From positions 1 through 32,192 of the forward strand of contig JACCYP010000063.1 of NCBI GenBank assembly GCA_013696425.1: a stretch of 32,192 nt of DNA, written 5' to 3'. The position numbers and the translations under genes are program-made. Every line of letters starts with the position of its first letter. Position 1 is the first letter of the stretch. This DNA comes from Thermoleophilaceae bacterium. Its GTDB lineage: Bacteria > Actinomycetota > Thermoleophilia > Solirubrobacterales > Thermoleophilaceae. Below are positions 25,446 to 32,192 of this stretch, piece by piece. The notes beneath the pieces were generated by a model. That model made no database searches, was not told the origin of the DNA, and was given only the letters and a program-made list of their open reading frames with translations.

Positions 25446-26240
25446 TCAGCTGCCGGAGAACTCCGGCTTGCGCTTCTCGACGAACGCCAATGCGCCGTTC
25501 AGAAAGTCCTTCGAGCGCCCCAGTTCGTGCTGGATCGTGGCCTCGAGCTCGAGCTGCTCGTCCATGCGCGGGTAGAGCATCGCGTTCAGCGCCTGCTTGG
25601 TTCCCGCGTAGGAGCGCGTCGGGCCCGCGGCCAGCGCGCTCACCAGCGCGTTGGCCTCGTCCAGCAGCTTCTCGTCGGAGTAGACGCGGTTCACGAGGCC
25701 CCATTCGAGCGCCTTCGCCGCCTCGACCCGCTCGCCGAGCAGCGCCATCTCGAACGCCCGCGCCTTGCCCACCGCGGCGGGTACGAACAGGGTCGAGCCG
25801 CCGTCGGGCATCAGGCCGATGTTCACAAAGGCGAGCGAGAAGAAGGCCGACTCCGCCGCGAGCACGAGGTCGCCGCAGAGTGCGAGCGAGCAGCCGATGC
25901 CGGCCGCCGGGCCGTTCACGGCCACCACCACGGGCTTCGGGATGGTGCGCAGCCCGACGATGATCGGGTGGTAGACGTCATGCAGGCGCTTGCGGATGTC
26001 CGGGCCGCCGTCGTCGGCATCGGGCTCGAAGCCCTCGCGCAGGTCGGCGCCGGAGGAGAAGCCGCGGCCGGCGCCGGTGAGGAGGATGGCCCTGACCGAG
26101 GGATCCTGGGCCTCGCCGGTTACCACCGCGCGCAGCTCCTCGCCGAACTGGAGCGTCCACGCGTTGAGCGTCTCGGGGCGGTTCAGCGTGATGCGGCCGA
26201 TGCCGCCGGACTGCTGCCACTGCACGGTCTCGTAGCTCAT
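25446..26240 (-). CDS. Enoyl-CoA hydratase/isomerase (crotonase) family protein
   Basis: Contains ITLNRPETLNAW...ILLTGAGRGFSSGADL...VVAVNGPAAGIGCSLALCGD, crotonase oxyanion-hole motifs. Confidence 0.9.
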   Translation of the reverse strand: MSYETVQWQQSGGIGRITLNRPETLNAWTLQFGEELRAVVTGEAQDPSVRAILLTGAGRGFSSGADLREGFEPDADDGGPDIRKRLHDVYHPIIVGLRTIPKPVVVAVNGPAAGIGCSLALCGDLVLAAESAFFSLAFVNIGLMPDGGSTLFVPAAVGKARAFEMALLGERVEAAKALEWGLVNRVYSDEKLLDEANALVSALAAGPTRSYAGTKQALNAMLYPRMDEQLELEATIQHELGRSKDFLNGALAFVEKRKPEFSGS

Positions 26241-26299
26241 TGAAGCGGACCCTATCCTGGCCGGGTGTCTACGATGCTGTTCCTCGCGAAGCGGTAACA

Positions 26300-26947
26300 G
26301 TGCTCATCGACGCCCTCGACTGGACCGGTCACTCGGGCTTTCGCCTACGCGCCAGGGATGCGACCATCTACATCGATCCGTATCGCGTCGAGTCCGGCCC
26401 TCCGGCCGACCTGATCCTGATCACCCATGGGCACTACGACCACTTCTCCCCCCAGGACGTGGAGCGGCTCAGGCACGAGCGCACCCGGCTCGTGGCCCCG
26501 GCCGCCGTGGCCGAGCGGGTGGAGGGCAACGTGACTTCGATCGCCCCGGGCGAGGCGGTCGAGCCCGACGAGGCGCGTGGGGTCTTCGTGGCCGCGGTCG
26601 CCGCCTACAACACCTCCAAGCGCGACCCCGAGGGCAACCTCTTCCACCCGCGCGAGGCCGGCTGGGTGGGCTATGACCTGAACGTGCGCGGCGAGCGGCT
26701 CTACCACGCCGGCGACACCGACGTGATCCCCGAGATGGACTCGGTGACCGGCGTCGACCTGGCGCTGCTGCCCGTGAGCGGCACCTACGTGATGACGGCG
26801 GCGGAGGCCGTGGAGGCGGCCCGGCGGATCCAGCCGCGCATGGCGGTACCAATGCACTGGGGAGCCAACATCGGCACCGACGAGGACGCGGCGGTCTTCG
26901 CAGCGAAGGCGCCCGTCGAGGTGAGGATCATGAAGAGGAGCGCTTAG
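26300..26947 (+). CDS. Small MBL-fold metallo-hydrolase
   Basis: Contains ILITHGHYDHF (HxHxDH), HAGDT and a later His. I prefer GTG 26300 (MLIDALDWTGHSGFRL...) over track TTG 26240, which abuts the divergent crotonase start. The start is uncertain. Confidence 0.8.
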   Translation: MLIDALDWTGHSGFRLRARDATIYIDPYRVESGPPADLILITHGHYDHFSPQDVERLRHERTRLVAPAAVAERVEGNVTSIAPGEAVEPDEARGVFVAAVAAYNTSKRDPEGNLFHPREAGWVGYDLNVRGERLYHAGDTDVIPEMDSVTGVDLALLPVSGTYVMTAAEAVEAARRIQPRMAVPMHWGANIGTDEDAAVFAAKAPVEVRIMKRSA

Positions 26948-28704
26948 TGGACAACACCCGGCAAGCCATCCGGACGATGGCCTCGGAGGACCCGGAGCTC
27001 GCGGCGAGGCTGGTGCTCCAGGGGCTGCCGGCGGCGGCTGGGTCGATCGACGGCCCGCTCGCCTACGAGCTGAACGTCGAGGGGCTCGGCTCGTGGCTCG
27101 TGTGGTCGCGCAATGGGCAGAGCGGCGTGGAGGAGGGTGGCGCGGGCGACCGGCCGGTCGACTTCCGCCTCACCACCGATCCCGCGACGCTCGCGGAGAT
27201 GGCGGGCGGCGAGAGCGCCGTGAAGCTCATGCTCGGCGGGCGGGTGCGCATCCGCGGCAAGCGCCGCAAGGCGCTCAAGCTGCGCTCGATGGGGGACGCC
27301 GGCGCCGGCCTCGACGAGGTCGCGCGCGCGGGTGGGCGCGTGGATCCCGACCTGCTCTACCGCGCGCTGCCCTACCTCGTGCCGGCCGAGTGGACGAAGG
27401 GGCACTCCTTCAAGATCCTCCAGGAGATCGGCGGCGAGGGCGCGTGGCTGATCGACGTGCGCGACGGCGAGCGGATCGCCGTGACGCCCGGAGCCTCGAT
27501 GAACGGCAATGAGGGCATCTCCCACGTGAAGCTCTCCGGCGACACCTTCCGCCGCCTGCTCGCCCGTGAGCTCACCCCGCCCGAGGCGATGCAGCAGCAG
27601 CTCACGACGATCGACGGTCCGGTGGCGCCCGTCACCCTGCTCGGGCGCTGGATGGAGCGCGCCCAGGGCAACGACGACGCCGAGCTTGCCCGCGAGGCCG
27701 AGCAGCGCGAGATCCAGGCGCGCCGAGCCGGCTCCTGGGGCGCCACCATGAACGGCGACGGCTCGCGCGGCGGCCAGGGCGATCCCGGCCACGCCGCCGA
27801 GGGCGAGCGGCGCAAGGGCGGGGACCTCATGAGCTACCACCAGCTCTACGCGCTCTGGGAGAAGCAGAACTGGAAAGCGCACGAGCTCGACTTCTCGGTC
27901 GACAAGGAGCAGTGGCTGATCACCCCGCGCGAGGCGCAGCTCGACACGCAGTGGTCGCTCGGCGCCTTCTACGTCGGCGAGGAGCGGGTCGCCGCCGACC
28001 TCGCGCCGTTCGTGCTCGCCGCGCCGAGCGGCGAGATCGAGGCGTTCCTCTCCACCCAGCTCGTGGACGAGGTGCGCCACGCGGTGTTCTTCGACCGCTT
28101 CGGTGCCGAGGTGATGTGCCTCGGCGCGGATGACCTGCGCTCCCGCCTCGCGGAGATCGAGGCGACGATGCTGCGGCCCTGGCACGACGTGTTCGACGAC
28201 GGCCTGCGCGAGATCGCGCACCGGATCGCCGCCCGCCCGGACGACCTCCCGCTGTTCGTCGAGGGCATCACGACCTACCACATGATCATCGAGGGTGTGC
28301 TCGCCATGACCGGCCAGCGGCTGATCCTCAAATACATGGGCGAGCACGACATCTACCCCGGGTTCCAGAAGGGCTTCGGACTCGTGGAGCAGGACGAGCA
28401 CCGCCACATCGCGTTCGGCGTCAAGTTCCTGAAGGACGCCGTCGAGGAGGACCCCGCCCTCGGCAAGATCGTGCAGGGGCGGATCGAGGAGCTCGTGCCG
28501 AAGGCGATGAAGATCTTCGTGCCCCCCTACGCGGAGTCGGCGCGCGAGTTCACCTCCTATTCGAACACCTCGGGCGAGATCTACGGCTACGCCTACCGTG
28601 CGCTCAAGAGGCGGATGAACGTGATCGGCCTCGAGATCCCCGGACCCGAGGACCTGATGCCCGGCCCGATCGACGACGTGGCGGAGGCCCCCGCGCTGGC
28701 CTAG
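26947..28704 (+). CDS. Fusion protein: two SCP2-like lipid-binding domains plus an R2-like ligand-binding-oxidase-like (ferritin-like di-metal carboxylate) domain
   Basis: A 585-aa ORF. Residues about 10-115 and 125-240 each end in SCP2-like patterns (VDFRLTTDPATLAEMAGGESAVKLMLGGRVRIRGKRRKALKL and VKLSGDTFRRLLARELTPPEAMQQQLTTIDG). Residues 295-585 carry the RNR-R2 ligand set E345, E375-x2-H378, E449 and E484-x2-H487. Phe, not Tyr, sits at H378+4. The GTG start shares a base with the MBL stop (TAGTG). Confidence 0.8.
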   Translation: MDNTRQAIRTMASEDPELAARLVLQGLPAAAGSIDGPLAYELNVEGLGSWLVWSRNGQSGVEEGGAGDRPVDFRLTTDPATLAEMAGGESAVKLMLGGRVRIRGKRRKALKLRSMGDAGAGLDEVARAGGRVDPDLLYRALPYLVPAEWTKGHSFKILQEIGGEGAWLIDVRDGERIAVTPGASMNGNEGISHVKLSGDTFRRLLARELTPPEAMQQQLTTIDGPVAPVTLLGRWMERAQGNDDAELAREAEQREIQARRAGSWGATMNGDGSRGGQGDPGHAAEGERRKGGDLMSYHQLYALWEKQNWKAHELDFSVDKEQWLITPREAQLDTQWSLGAFYVGEERVAADLAPFVLAAPSGEIEAFLSTQLVDEVRHAVFFDRFGAEVMCLGADDLRSRLAEIEATMLRPWHDVFDDGLREIAHRIAARPDDLPLFVEGITTYHMIIEGVLAMTGQRLILKYMGEHDIYPGFQKGFGLVEQDEHRHIAFGVKFLKDAVEEDPALGKIVQGRIEELVPKAMKIFVPPYAESAREFTSYSNTSGEIYGYAYRALKRRMNVIGLEIPGPEDLMPGPIDDVAEAPALA

Positions 28705-28902
28705 ATCGCCGCATGGCGCCGTGGCCCAGGCGAAGGGCCTCGGCGTGCAGATCGTGCGGCGCTTCCTCGACCTCGAAGGGTTCCAGCAGGCCTCGGCCTG
28801 CAGTCCGGGCTGCTGGCGACGGGCCTCGTGATCGTGGCCGGCACGGTGGTGGGCGCCGCGGTGGACGAGCGCCGGCTCGCCGCTTCGCCGCTCGATTTGA
28901 AA

Positions 28903-29105
28903 AACAGCGAGCAATAGGGGCGAGGGACGGGCGGTTTGCGATTGCTCGCGAGGCGCTTGTGGCTACGCGCCACCGGTGCCGGCCCGTTTGCAGTTGTGCC
29001 CCGACAGAGGGGTTAACTGCAAACGGGCGCGCTGGCGTGGCCACATTGCCGCAACGATCCGTGGACAGCCGGATCCGCCCGGGCCACCCCTTATCGCTCG
29101 CTGTT
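28903..29105. mobile_element. About 200-bp non-coding element bounded by imperfect terminal inverted repeats (MITE-like), containing nested palindromes
   Basis: The left end is AACAGCGAGCAATAGGGG (28903-28920). The reverse complement of 29087-29105 is AACAGCGAGCGATAAGGGG, giving one mismatch and one indel. A third copy of the GCGAGCAAT motif lies in inverse orientation at 28941-28949. I see no target-site duplication and no transposase. Confidence 0.35.
28983..29030. repeat. Palindromic element copy B: perfect 13-bp arms CCCGTTTGCAGTT / AACTGCAAACGGG with an inner CCCC/GGGG stem
   Basis: Read directly from the sequence. It belongs to the same family as 20828-20875 (identical 16-mer at 29015-29030). 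A degenerate half-copy, GGGCGGTTTGCGATTG, lies at 28929-28944. Confidence 0.7.
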
Positions 29106-29136
29106 GTCCGTCCGAGCGCCGAAGGCGCGAAGCTCG

Positions 29137-29838
29137 CTAGTCCTCGAGCACCTTGCGCTTCGCCGTCTCGAACTCGGCATCGGTGAGCACGCCGGCGTCG
29201 CGGAGCTTCACGAGCTTCTCGAGCGAGGCGAGCGTGTCGTCCACATCGTCGCCGGCGTGGGGCTTCGCGATCGAGGCGGTGTCGGGGGTCATCGGCGTCG
29301 GCATCTGGCCGGCCGCCTGCTGGTACTGCTGGGCCACCTCCATCGCGGCCTTGATCTGGTCGGTGAGGCTGCCGGTGCCGCCCTGCATCGCGTTCCAGCT
29401 GGAAACGTCGATCTGAGCGCCCGGATGCGTCTGCTGCAGCTGGTTGAGGTCAACGCCGGCGTCCGTGGCCGCCTTGATCGTGGCCTCGGAGAAGTCCCCG
29501 AATTGCGCGGGCTGCGCGCTCACCGACGTGGCCGGTGCGGCCGTGGGTGCCGGCGGCGGGTCGGGCTCGGGCGGGGGCGCCGAGGACACGCGCGGGCCGG
29601 CCCAGTCGATCTCGACGTTCGAGGGGTCCGAGCGGTCGATGGTCGCGCGCAGCGTCTGGCCGGGCGTGGGCCAGTTGGCGCGGTCCTTCGGCACGTCGTC
29701 CACGTGCACGGTGCTCGCGGGCACGTTCGGTCCGCGGACGGTGAGCGACGCGCCGGAGTCCGAGAACGACAGCACGTAGGCCTCACCCTGGACCGGATCC
29801 TTCATTCGGCGCCCGAACAATCCCACGGGCGCAGTCAA
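29137..29838 (-). CDS. Hypothetical protein with a Pro-rich linker and a C-terminal SHOCT domain
   Basis: A 233-aa ORF. The C-terminus LASLEKLVKLRDAGVLTDAEFETAKRKVL matches the SHOCT short C-terminal domain pattern. The start is either TTG 29838, abutting the Crp stop, or ATG 29805. Confidence 0.7.
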   Translation of the reverse strand: MTAPVGLFGRRMKDPVQGEAYVLSFSDSGASLTVRGPNVPASTVHVDDVPKDRANWPTPGQTLRATIDRSDPSNVEIDWAGPRVSSAPPPEPDPPPAPTAAPATSVSAQPAQFGDFSEATIKAATDAGVDLNQLQQTHPGAQIDVSSWNAMQGGTGSLTDQIKAAMEVAQQYQQAAGQMPTPMTPDTASIAKPHAGDDVDDTLASLEKLVKLRDAGVLTDAEFETAKRKVLED

Positions 29839-30492
29839 TCAGCGCGCGGCGCGTTCCGCCAGTCCAGGTATGTCGAGCACCCGCGTTTTCCCCCGCGCGA
29901 GCTCGACGTTGCCGCGCTTCTCCTCGTCGCGCAGAACCTTGTTCACGGTGGCGCGGCTGGTGCCCGCGAGGCCGGCGATGTCCTCCTGGGTGAGCGGGAC
30001 GAGCGCCTGCCCGTCCTCCTCGTATATCGCGGCCAGCTCGGACAGGCGCTTAAGCACGCGCCGGTCGCTCGGCACGTACAGCGCCTCGACGAGATGACGG
30101 GAGAGGCGCTGCACCTGGGCCGCGAGGATCGCCACGAGCACCTCGTTTGTCTGTGGGTTCTCACGTCGCAGCCGTTGCACGTCGAGCTGGTGGACCGAGC
30201 GGGTCTCGGCTGGCTCGAGCGCCGCCACGGTGGCGCTGCGGGCGGCGCCCTGGGACACGAGCGCCAGCTCCCCGAACACCTCGCCCGGGCCGAGCACGGC
30301 GAGGATGGCGGTGTCTCCGAGCGGCGTGGTCGAGCGGACCGCGAAGCGACCCTTGGCGATCAGGTGGAGGGTGTCCGCGGGGTCGCCCGCGTGGAAGACG
30401 ACCTCGCCACGGCTGAAGCTGCGCCGCCGGGCCGTCGCAAGCACCTGGCGGACCTGCTCCTCGGGTACTCCCGCTAGCAGCGGCCAGTCCAC
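29839..30492 (-). CDS. Crp/Fnr-family transcriptional regulator (cNMP-binding type, cysteine-free)
   Basis: Contains FSRGEVVFHAGDPADTLHLIAKGRFAV...GPGEVFGELAL...RSATVAA (cNMP-binding beta-roll) and LTQEDIAGLAGTSRATVNKVLRDEEKRG (HTH). The 217 aa contain no Cys, so it is not an Fe-S FNR. Confidence 0.9.
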   Translation of the reverse strand: MDWPLLAGVPEEQVRQVLATARRRSFSRGEVVFHAGDPADTLHLIAKGRFAVRSTTPLGDTAILAVLGPGEVFGELALVSQGAARSATVAALEPAETRSVHQLDVQRLRRENPQTNEVLVAILAAQVQRLSRHLVEALYVPSDRRVLKRLSELAAIYEEDGQALVPLTQEDIAGLAGTSRATVNKVLRDEEKRGNVELARGKTRVLDIPGLAERAAR

Positions 30493-30556
30493 GAACGCAA
30501 TCTACCCGCCTGCCGGGACGGTCCACAACCGGGCTACGACCTAGACTGCCGCGCCC

Positions 30557-31420
30557 GTGGGAACCGCCAGAAAGCTCGCAATCGCGGCCGTCGCAGCCGG
30601 CGTCCTCGTGCCTCCGCTGCGCAGGCGGCTGCGCCTGCCCGCGCCCGTGGTGTCCGTCCTGGCGTGGCAGGCCCCATACGCGCTCACACTCGCCCTCCCT
30701 CGCACGCGCGCGCGGGACGCGGGTGTGTATGCGCTGCAGATGTGGGCGTACTTCGCGCATTACCAGATGCCGGCCGACGATCCGGACAACCTGCTCGAGC
30801 GCCTGAAGGTCCGGTATCCGATCCGGGCGGACGAATGGATGGGCCGCGGCGAGGCCCCCACCATCCGCCTGCAGAAGCGCATCGGCTCGAGCGACTCGGT
30901 TCGCCCGCATGACTTCGCGCTCGCCGCTGTGCACTGGGCGTGGTTCTTCTATCCGCACGCAACGGTCGCCTACACGTTGTGGAAGCGCCCCGAGCAGTTC
31001 CCGCGTGCGGCCACGCTCATGGCGGGAACCTTCGACGCCGGCCTGCTGGTGTACTGGCTCGTGCCGACCGCGCCACCGTGGTGGGCCGCGGCGAACGCCG
31101 ACATGCCTCCGGTCCGGCGGATCATGACCGAGGTGGGTGAGCAGGTCTGGGGCCGCGCCTGGGCGCCGATGTTCGCCTACATCGGCGGCAATCCGTTCGC
31201 CGCGATGCCCTCCCTGCATTTCGGCACCTCGGTCACCGCCGCCCACATCCTCTCGCGCATCGGGCGCAAGCAGGGCGCGGTCGGCTGGGCCTACGCCGGA
31301 ACGCTGGGCTTCGCGCTCGTCTATCTCGGCGAGCACTACGTGGTGGACCTCCTGGCGGGCCTTGGGCTCGCCGAGGGTGTGCGGGCAGGCGCACGCCTTC
31401 TCCATCTCGATCCTCCCTGA
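30557..31420 (+). CDS. PAP2-superfamily integral membrane protein (PAP2_3 / inositolphosphotransferase-like)
   Basis: A 287-aa multi-TM ORF with ...AAMPSLHFGTS... and ...YLGEHYVVDLLAG..., corresponding to the SxH and HxxxD motifs of PAP2 phosphatase/phosphotransferases. Confidence 0.65.
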   Translation: MGTARKLAIAAVAAGVLVPPLRRRLRLPAPVVSVLAWQAPYALTLALPRTRARDAGVYALQMWAYFAHYQMPADDPDNLLERLKVRYPIRADEWMGRGEAPTIRLQKRIGSSDSVRPHDFALAAVHWAWFFYPHATVAYTLWKRPEQFPRAATLMAGTFDAGLLVYWLVPTAPPWWAAANADMPPVRRIMTEVGEQVWGRAWAPMFAYIGGNPFAAMPSLHFGTSVTAAHILSRIGRKQGAVGWAYAGTLGFALVYLGEHYVVDLLAGLGLAEGVRAGARLLHLDPP

Positions 31421-31436
31421 CCGTGCTCATGGGAGC

Positions 31437-31700
31437 CTAGGTTCGTAGGGCCGCGAGCTTGTCCTCGCGGCTGAGCGCCTTGAACCGCGCTTCCTCGCGC
31501 ATGGCCGCCGACGCGTCCTCGAGCTCCCACCTCGCGGCGAGCTCCACGGGCAGTCGGCTGCGCGTGTAGCGCGCGCCGCGACCGGCGGAATGCGCCGCCA
31601 AGCGCTTCTCGACGTCGTACGTCCAGCCCGTGTAGAGGCTGCCGTCGCCGCAGCGCAGGACGTACACGAAGGCGGCGCGCTCGGTCACGAGATGGACCAT
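31437..31700 (-). CDS. GIY-YIG nuclease superfamily small protein (UPF0213-like)
   Basis: An 87-aa ORF containing FVYVLRCGDGSLYTGWTYDVEKRLAAHSAGRGARYTRSR, a GIY...YxG...R...H/E pattern. Confidence 0.85.
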   Translation of the reverse strand: MVHLVTERAAFVYVLRCGDGSLYTGWTYDVEKRLAAHSAGRGARYTRSRLPVELAARWELEDASAAMREEARFKALSREDKLAALRT

Positions 31701-31753
31701 CCAACCCGACTATGACCGAGGGCCCGGCCGGTCCGGCGCGTATAACTCGTGAC

Positions 31754-32192
31754 GTGGCCGAGCCGCAGCCACCGGTCGACGAGCTCGAAGAGCAGGCAAC
31801 CGAACTCGCCGACCAAGAAACCGAGGACATCACCGAACGCGGGCTGGCGCTGCTGCGCAGCCCACGCCGCCTCGGGCTCCTCGTGCTCGCCCTTGTCGCG
31901 ATCGTCGTCGCGATCTACTACTTCGTGCCAAAGCTCGCCGGGCTCGAGGGCACGCTGCACAAGCTCGGCGACGCCACCTGGTATTGGATCGTGGTTGCGT
32001 TCGGCTTCTGGCTCGGTGCCGCCATCTGTCTCATGCTGCTGTTCCGCGCGGCGGTCGGCGGTGGCCCCGACGAGGAGATCCGAAAGCGCCTCGACGTCGA
32101 CTCCTCGCTCCAGATCACGCTCGCAGGACTTGCCGCGACCGCGCTCTTCTCTGCCGCCGGCGCCGGCGGCCTCGCGCTGATGTACTGGGAGC
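31754..32192 (+). CDS. Flippase-like / lysylphosphatidylglycerol-synthase-TM-region (UPF0104) family membrane protein, partial; runs off the right edge
   Basis: My own translation in the frame of GTG 31754 gives MAEPQPPVDELEEQATELADQETEDITERGLALLRSPRRLGLLVLALVAIVVAIYYFVPKLAGLEGTLHKLGDATWYWIVVAFGFWLGAAICLMLLFRAAVGG...LQITLAGLAATALFSAAGAGGLALMYWE. It is absent from the track because it has no stop. Track ORF 31749..32180 is the wrong frame (Arg/Ser/Pro junk). Confidence 0.7.
   Translation, partial: MAEPQPPVDELEEQATELADQETEDITERGLALLRSPRRLGLLVLALVAIVVAIYYFVPKLAGLEGTLHKLGDATWYWIVVAFGFWLGAAICLMLLFRAAVGGGPDEEIRKRLDVDSSLQITLAGLAATALFSAAGAGGLALMYWE

Noticed and set aside
28702-28917. Stop-codon readthrough of the R2lox fusion gene into the in-frame downstream TM-helix-like segment.
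   Set aside because: The frame is open after TAG 28702-28704. However, the first roughly 30 codons after the stop translate to Arg/Pro/Gly junk with poor codon usage. There is no known readthrough context. A separate frameshifted remnant is the simpler reading.
31749-32180. A plus-strand 143-aa track ORF at the right edge.
   Set aside because: It is the wrong frame (Arg/Ser/Pro-rich). The neighbouring frame from GTG 31754 gives a clean multi-TM UPF0104-like sequence and was called instead.
1-32192. A search for CRISPR arrays, tandem repeats, transposase/integrase/phage genes, toxin-antitoxin or defence-system gene pairs, rRNA and tRNA.
   Set aside because: I found no regularly spaced direct repeats, no recombinase-like ORFs and no RNA gene signatures. 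The window looks like core metabolic and respiratory chromosome rather than an accessory island.

Overview
The window is a very G+C-rich bacterial chromosomal segment. Gene content suggests Actinomycetota: an opcA-containing oxidative pentose-phosphate (OPP) operon, many GTG/TTG starts and pervasive start/stop overlaps. Taxon cannot be fixed without a database search. The region is densely coding with about 33 genes.

**Layout**
- Left (727-4888, minus strand): a heme-copper oxidase operon with subunits II, I and III. Its subunit I carries the A2-type YSHPAV motif and an extra N-terminal 2-TM extension. An unusual soluble tandem USP-like gene is translationally wedged between subunits I and III.
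- Centre (6253-19371, plus strand): a nine-gene carbohydrate/OPP supraoperon. It comprises ROK glucokinase, tkt, fused tal-pgi, gnd, zwf, opcA, pgl, a GH15 hydrolase and an SDR epimerase.
- Right of centre (20889-25415, minus strand): a second, A1-type (GHPEV) oxidase with subunits II and I, coupled to heme A synthase and heme O synthase, with no subunit III.
- Beyond that: enoyl-CoA hydratase, an MBL-fold hydrolase coupled to a 585-aa fusion of two SCP2-like domains with an R2lox-like di-metal carboxylate domain, a repeat-rich 430-bp spacer, a Crp-family regulator plus SHOCT protein pair, a PAP2-like membrane protein, a GIY-YIG protein and a partial flippase-like (UPF0104) membrane protein.
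- The left edge holds a partial inositol monophosphatase family gene.

I found no rRNA, tRNA, CRISPR array, transposase or integrase.

**Best candidates for something undescribed**
1. The tandem USP-like protein embedded in the A2 oxidase operon, together with the N-terminally extended subunit I and nearby unannotated micro-membrane-protein ORFs.
2. The MBL / SCP2-SCP2-R2lox module.
3. A palindromic repeat family and a nested inverted-repeat (MITE-like) element in convergent intergenic regions.

All functional calls rest on motif recognition by eye. No similarity searches were run.
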